Below, in pieces: positions 59,504 to 64,000 of a DNA stretch of 64,000 bases (position 1 is the first letter of the stretch; each line of letters starts with the position of its first letter). The stretch covers positions 542,663 to 606,662 of the forward strand of contig JAWKSP010000001.1 of the NCBI GenBank assembly GCA_041389025.1, in the 5' to 3' direction. Origin of the DNA: Minisyncoccota bacterium. GTDB taxonomy: Bacteria > Patescibacteriota > Minisyncoccia > Phycocordibacterales > UBA918. Below the pieces are notes generated by a model. It had not been told where the DNA came from, searched no databases, and saw only the letters and a program-made list of their open reading frames with translations. The translations under genes were made by a program, and so were the position numbers.

Positions 59504-60874
59504 TTAACCACCTCCCAAAACATTTATATCACCCTGCAATCTAGCCTTCCTATTCATTACTTGATCACCATAGAAAGCATTAGCAGGATTGTTAGCACCA
59601 CCCCAACCAGCATAGTAACGCAAAGCCGCTAAGCGATCACCATTATAGGTACCATTAGCACCATTATCCCTAAGCAATAAAGCGGTAGCCAAAAAAGCAT
59701 CTTGGTTATTAAACGGATTAGCCGGACTGTGACTACTATTCATTCTCCTTATAGCATCAGCCGATTCACTATAAGTCCAAACCCCGCCATTATTTACAAT
59801 TCCCCCATAAATAGCCCAAGTTGATGGTATAAATTGTGAAGGCCCCATTGCCCCACCCCAACCATAACGCTCACCATTACTAGTTATTGGACAAGATACT
59901 TGTCGACTATTAGGATCAAAGCCAACCGCTTTTGCTACTGCCAAAAAAACTGGCGCGTCACGATCTGGATGCATAACTGCCTTTCCACCTCGCATATCAT
60001 TATAAAGACAACTTCCCAAGTGAGAACCAAGATTTGTTTCTTGTTCTAAGATCGCCAGAATAGTAGCTGCCTGCACACCCGTTTGCCCTTCAGCATATTT
60101 AGCCAACTTAACCGCTTCTGGAAAAGGTATACCTCCTCCCCCACCAAGCAAATCAAACAATTGACTTCGTAATTGAGCAGCGGTTTTTTGTTGTGATTCT
60201 AATAGACGTTGATAGGCCTGCTCTTCTCCTTTAGTAACTGTTAGAATATTAGCTTTCTCTTTTTCTTGTTTTTCAATTTCTTGTTTTTCAATTTCTTGAA
60301 TCCTTTTCATTTCAGCTTCGGTTTCTTGTTTCGACTCTAATTCATTCTTTTGCTCAAAAGTGTCAGTCTTTATTTCATGAAGAACTGCCAAGGATTCATT
60401 TAATGATTCTTTCAACGATTGATAAGTAGCCACATCAGAAAAAAAATCAGAAAAAGTTTTCTTACTTAAAACCACTTCAACTAAAGTGTAATCTTTTAGA
60501 TTGGCTGACTTACGAATCAAATCTGCCAAGGATTCTTTTTGTTTACGTTGCTTATCTTCAAGAATTTCTATCACCTCTTCTTTTTCATCAATCTGAAATG
60601 TTATCTGTTTTATTGCTACTGAACGAGCCTGAATACCAAGTTGAGCTTTTTTAATCTGTCCGTCAATAATTTCAATGTCTCGTTCTAATGACTGTCTCTC
60701 TAACTGTTTATCTTCTACTAAGCGTTGTTGTGTCAAAATCTGCCTCTCGACATTCTGTAACTCTGATTCTAACCTAGCCCTTCTTTCCTTCTCAGTTTCA
60801 GCATTTAAAACTGGAACTGAATAACTACAAAAAATAGTTATAACTAGACTTAAAGTTAACGCTTTTCGCATCAT
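59504..60874 (-). CDS. Exported coiled-coil protein with a C-terminal lytic transglycosylase (SLT_2/MltB-like) domain
   Basis: Signal peptide, long coiled coil, AILEQETNLG, GAMGPSQFIPSTW. Confidence 0.85.
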   Translation of the reverse strand: MMRKALTLSLVITIFCSYSVPVLNAETEKERRARLESELQNVERQILTQQRLVEDKQLERQSLERDIEIIDGQIKKAQLGIQARSVAIKQITFQIDEKEEVIEILEDKQRKQKESLADLIRKSANLKDYTLVEVVLSKKTFSDFFSDVATYQSLKESLNESLAVLHEIKTDTFEQKNELESKQETEAEMKRIQEIEKQEIEKQEKEKANILTVTKGEEQAYQRLLESQQKTAAQLRSQLFDLLGGGGGIPFPEAVKLAKYAEGQTGVQAATILAILEQETNLGSHLGSCLYNDMRGGKAVMHPDRDAPVFLAVAKAVGFDPNSRQVSCPITSNGERYGWGGAMGPSQFIPSTWAIYGGIVNNGGVWTYSESADAIRRMNSSHSPANPFNNQDAFLATALLLRDNGANGTYNGDRLAALRYYAGWGGANNPANAFYGDQVMNRKARLQGDINVLGGG

Positions 60875-60964
60875 GGCTATACATTATAACAGACGTAACA
60901 TAAAGCAACTACTTACAAACAAATTATTATTTTAAAAATCAATACAATGTTACAATTATTGTGT

Positions 60965-61969
60965 ATGTCAGAAAAATATGATTTTGTCGCTGTCGGAGAC
61001 ATTGTTACCGACGCTTTTATTCAGTTAAACATAGATGCTGCCGATGTCAGCAAAGATATGGACACCGGTCGTCAGACCTTACATATGCCATTTGGTAGTA
61101 AGCTACCTTATGATGACGTTACGGTAGTTAGTGCAGTTGGTAATTCGCCAAATGCCGCTGTATCAGCCCATAGGTTAGGTTTGAAATCTGCTTTGGTAAC
61201 CAACCTCGGACAAGATCGTAACGGTAAAGATTGTCTGGAAGCTTTGCGTAACGAAGGTGTACACACTGATTTTGTTAAACTACACGAAGGTAAAAATTCT
61301 AATTATCATTATGTTTTACGATATGGTCCGGAAAGAACAATTCTTATCAAACATGAAACTTTCCCTTACTCATTACCAGATTTCGTTGAACCACCACGGT
61401 ATTTATATTTCTCATCAATTGGTGAACACGGGGTTGATTTTCATCACGAAATAGCTTCTTATATTAAAAATAATGAGACAAAATTAGTATTTCAACCAGG
61501 AACGTTTCAATTAAATTTAGGCTATGAAGCACTGAAGGATCTTTACGAAGTAACTGATATCTTCTTTTGTAATAAAGAAGAGGCACAACAACTTTTGAAC
61601 AGCACTGAAGGTAATATCCCTACTCTAATCAGAAAATTAAAAGAGTTTGGTTTAAATTTACCGGTAGTTACTGATGGTCCAAACGGCGCTTATGTAGTAG
61701 ATGAAGAAAATCAAGCTTGGCACATGCCTATGTATCCAGATCCAAAACCACCGGTTGACCGAACCGGAGCCGGAGACTCTTTCTCTTCCACCTTTACCTC
61801 CGCTATCGCACTTGGAAAAACTCCGGCTGAAGCCCTGTCCTGGGGACCAATCAACTCTATGTCAGTTGTTCAACACATTGGTGCACAAGCCGGATTATTA
61901 AGTCGTGACCAATTGTTAAAATACCTTGAAGAAAAGCCAACTGATTACGAGGCTAAAAAAGTTGATTAA
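60965..61969 (+). CDS. PfkB-family carbohydrate kinase
   Basis: NAAVSAHRLG, NKEEA, DRTGAGDSF; start reset to MSEKY. Confidence 0.92.
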   Translation: MSEKYDFVAVGDIVTDAFIQLNIDAADVSKDMDTGRQTLHMPFGSKLPYDDVTVVSAVGNSPNAAVSAHRLGLKSALVTNLGQDRNGKDCLEALRNEGVHTDFVKLHEGKNSNYHYVLRYGPERTILIKHETFPYSLPDFVEPPRYLYFSSIGEHGVDFHHEIASYIKNNETKLVFQPGTFQLNLGYEALKDLYEVTDIFFCNKEEAQQLLNSTEGNIPTLIRKLKEFGLNLPVVTDGPNGAYVVDEENQAWHMPMYPDPKPPVDRTGAGDSFSSTFTSAIALGKTPAEALSWGPINSMSVVQHIGAQAGLLSRDQLLKYLEEKPTDYEAKKVD

Positions 61970-61991
61970 ATTATTTTAGGCACTAGATTAG

Positions 61992-62028
61992 CAAAACGCC
62001 GGCTTTAGCCGGCGTTTTGGTTTTTTTA
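61992..62028. terminator. Bidirectional terminator
   Basis: CAAAACGCCGGCT-TT-AGCCGGCGTTTTG. Confidence 0.75.
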
Positions 62029-62047
62029 AGTCATCCAAAATGTATAA

Positions 62048-64000
62048 CTATTGTAACTTAACCATCGTCACCCCAAAACCTGTTGGTATGTAAGCTATAC
62101 CATTATCGATTGTTAGACCTAAGGCTCCTGAAACAGGATAGGTTTTAACTAATTTAGGATTATTTTTATCTGTAATAGACACCGCCTGCAGATTTGAAGC
62201 TGTTGCAGCATATACTTTACCACTGTAGTACTCAACACTTTTGTAAGGCATTGATGAAGTGAATTTACCTAATATAGAGGGAGGGCCAGATCTGTGAATA
62301 CTGTTGGTTAAAGATACTGACTCTGAAACAATTAGACCATTATTCACAGCAACATACATACCTCCACCTGTAACATCATTAGCCGGACCAGTTTGTAGAT
62401 TTGTCACTGGTACAATCTTAGACAAATTTCTCAAGTCGAAAGCTTCCGGACTTTCTATACCACCATATACAAAAGCTACATTATTCGATATATGGACTCC
62501 ATTAGCGGTATTGTTTCGTAAAGTAGCTACCCCAGCCTTACTAGGTTTTGTTGGATCAGAAACATCCCAAACTTCAAGACCAAAAGATCCAATTATATAC
62601 GCATAGTTACCTGCTACTGTAATACTTTTAGCTTTAGAAGCTCCTGCTATTCCTAAGACTTTTGGTTTAGAAGGATTTGAGATATCAATAATGAACAAAC
62701 GATATTCGGTAGTAACATAAGCCTTTGTACCAGAAACAAAAACATTTCTAGATTTATTTTGAATAGATTGAGACATCGAATCATCAGTAAGCTTCAAACT
62801 AGACAAAACTTTAGGGGAAGAAACATTTGAAATATCTACAACCTTAATACCATCTGTACCCACAGTCACTACCATAATATTTCCGTTAACCCCTACATCT
62901 ATCGGCATATCTGCTCCGGTAATATTAAATTTAGCTATCGAATTGGAAGGAAAGGTGGAAGACATTGTGTTAGTAATACTAGTGCTACCACTCTGTTTAG
63001 CAAGTAGACTGTTTAATAAATCTGTAAGGGTTCTTAGTAAGTCCAGTAATTCATTGTAACTTAAGTTAGATAAATTATTATTTACACTCAAATTGTTACC
63101 GATATTGGCTACTCCGTTGCTGGTGTTACCGGAAGCGGTTCCGCTACCGCAGCCACTGGTACAGGTTACAGTCATACCACGCCAGGTTGAATACCAAGGA
63201 ATAGTAGTAACTCCATTATTGTTACCAGAGCGGTAGTTATTAAAGCAACCGGCGTCAACCACAGACAAAGTGGCTCTAGTTCCAGCAGGGGCACCAAGGT
63301 AAGCAGCGATTTTACCTAAATTTGAACCAGTTGTGAAAGGTCCTGTGCCATAGACACTACCAAGAGTGGTGGCTGTAACAGTCTGAGAGACGGGAGCCGA
63401 ATCACCGAGACAGTGGGTGGCTACTGGTTGTGGGGTTTGAGAAGTAGTGTTAGTGGTGTTAGTTGTTCCAGTGGTGGTGTTGTTAGTATTGTTAGTAGTG
63501 GTGGTGTTGGCAGTGCCTGAACTTGGAGTATATGAATAATTCTGTCCTGAGTACTCACAATCGTTTCCGATACACAGAGTAGTCATAGTCACCTTCATGT
63601 TTAGTTTGTAGTCCGGCTGATTTAGATATTCGGTGGTGGTTATGCCACTTCTAGTGGTTGAGGGATAGCTGTTTCCACACCGATCCCTGTTTGTATTAAT
63701 GGTTGAAAAAGAGAGTTGAACGATACTACCTACCGGAGCTCCCAGATAAGTAGCGATAGCACCTAGGTCTGAGTCAGTACTGAAAAAAGGTCCATTACTA
63801 AACACCGTACCAGACGATTTCGCTTTAACCACATGATTACCAGTTACCGCTGTGTTACCTAAATAAACCCAACAATTACTACTGGCAAGACGACCTTCAT
63901 AGTCATTTACGTTAATGTTAATTTTATTACTCCATGGACTACAGCCACTGTTGTTACACTGTCTTACCGAGACTTCGTTGTCACCTATTTTAAAACCGTT
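62048..64000 (-). CDS. 3' part of a large extracellular protein with two LCCL-like domains, Thr/Asn linkers and C-terminal LVIVD repeats (start lies beyond the window)
   Basis: Frame is open to base 64000; VFSNGPFFSTDSDLGAIATYLG and VYGTGPFTTGSNLGKIAAYLG; GIKVVDISN..SP, LFIIDISNPSKP, GLEVWDVSDPTKP. Confidence 0.85.
   Translation of the reverse strand, partial: NGFKIGDNEVSVRQCNNSGCSPWSNKININVNDYEGRLASSNCWVYLGNTAVTGNHVVKAKSSGTVFSNGPFFSTDSDLGAIATYLGAPVGSIVQLSFSTINTNRDRCGNSYPSTTRSGITTTEYLNQPDYKLNMKVTMTTLCIGNDCEYSGQNYSYTPSSGTANTTTTNNTNNTTTGTTNTTNTTSQTPQPVATHCLGDSAPVSQTVTATTLGSVYGTGPFTTGSNLGKIAAYLGAPAGTRATLSVVDAGCFNNYRSGNNNGVTTIPWYSTWRGMTVTCTSGCGSGTASGNTSNGVANIGNNLSVNNNLSNLSYNELLDLLRTLTDLLNSLLAKQSGSTSITNTMSSTFPSNSIAKFNITGADMPIDVGVNGNIMVVTVGTDGIKVVDISNVSSPKVLSSLKLTDDSMSQSIQNKSRNVFVSGTKAYVTTEYRLFIIDISNPSKPKVLGIAGASKAKSITVAGNYAYIIGSFGLEVWDVSDPTKPSKAGVATLRNNTANGVHISNNVAFVYGGIESPEAFDLRNLSKIVPVTNLQTGPANDVTGGGMYVAVNNGLIVSESVSLTNSIHRSGPPSILGKFTSSMPYKSVEYYSGKVYAATASNLQAVSITDKNNPKLVKTYPVSGALGLTIDNGIAYIPTGFGVTMVKLQ

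Noticed and set aside
1-64000. Possible stop-codon reassignment (code 25) given the CPR-like content
   Set aside because: All conserved genes are full length under code 11, with no in-frame TGA.

Overview
A low-GC, gene-dense bacterial chromosome segment read in the standard genetic code. Gene content and reduced protein architectures suggest a Patescibacteria/CPR (Parcubacteria-like) genome; this is inference, based on a hinge-less SMC, short PheS/PheT/EF-Ts, NusB-Nudix, GspG-like pilins and no rimM in the rpsP-khpA-trmD cluster. Most genes are housekeeping and on the minus strand: dnaG-rpoD, rpoBC, rpsP-khpA-trmD, rpmF-nusB-rnc-pilins-smc, rnhB, gyrB, pheST and rpmE-prfA-rpsB-tsf. rnr, dnaE and thrS are on the plus strand. 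Single-gene ORFan cassettes, a RelE-type toxin-antitoxin pair and surface or sortase genes are interspersed. The most notable signals are non-coding. (1) A ~600-nt, ORF-free, highly structured transcription unit at ~34420-35022 (-) has a sigma70 promoter, a boxA-like element, a ~19-bp long-range closing helix and a terminator, and lies just upstream of rpmF-nusB(Nudix)-rnc. (2) A ~195-nt rod-like RNA with its own promoter and terminator lies at 35862-36056 (+). (3) A non-canonical T-box precedes thrS. (4) tRNA-Thr(UGU) is flanked by two degenerate copies of itself interrupted by hairpin insertions. (5) Many long perfect palindromes occur between genes. A sortase sits next to a substrate candidate whose VPYTG-TM signal is internal. 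Many core genes look leaderless. No database searches or folding programs were run.
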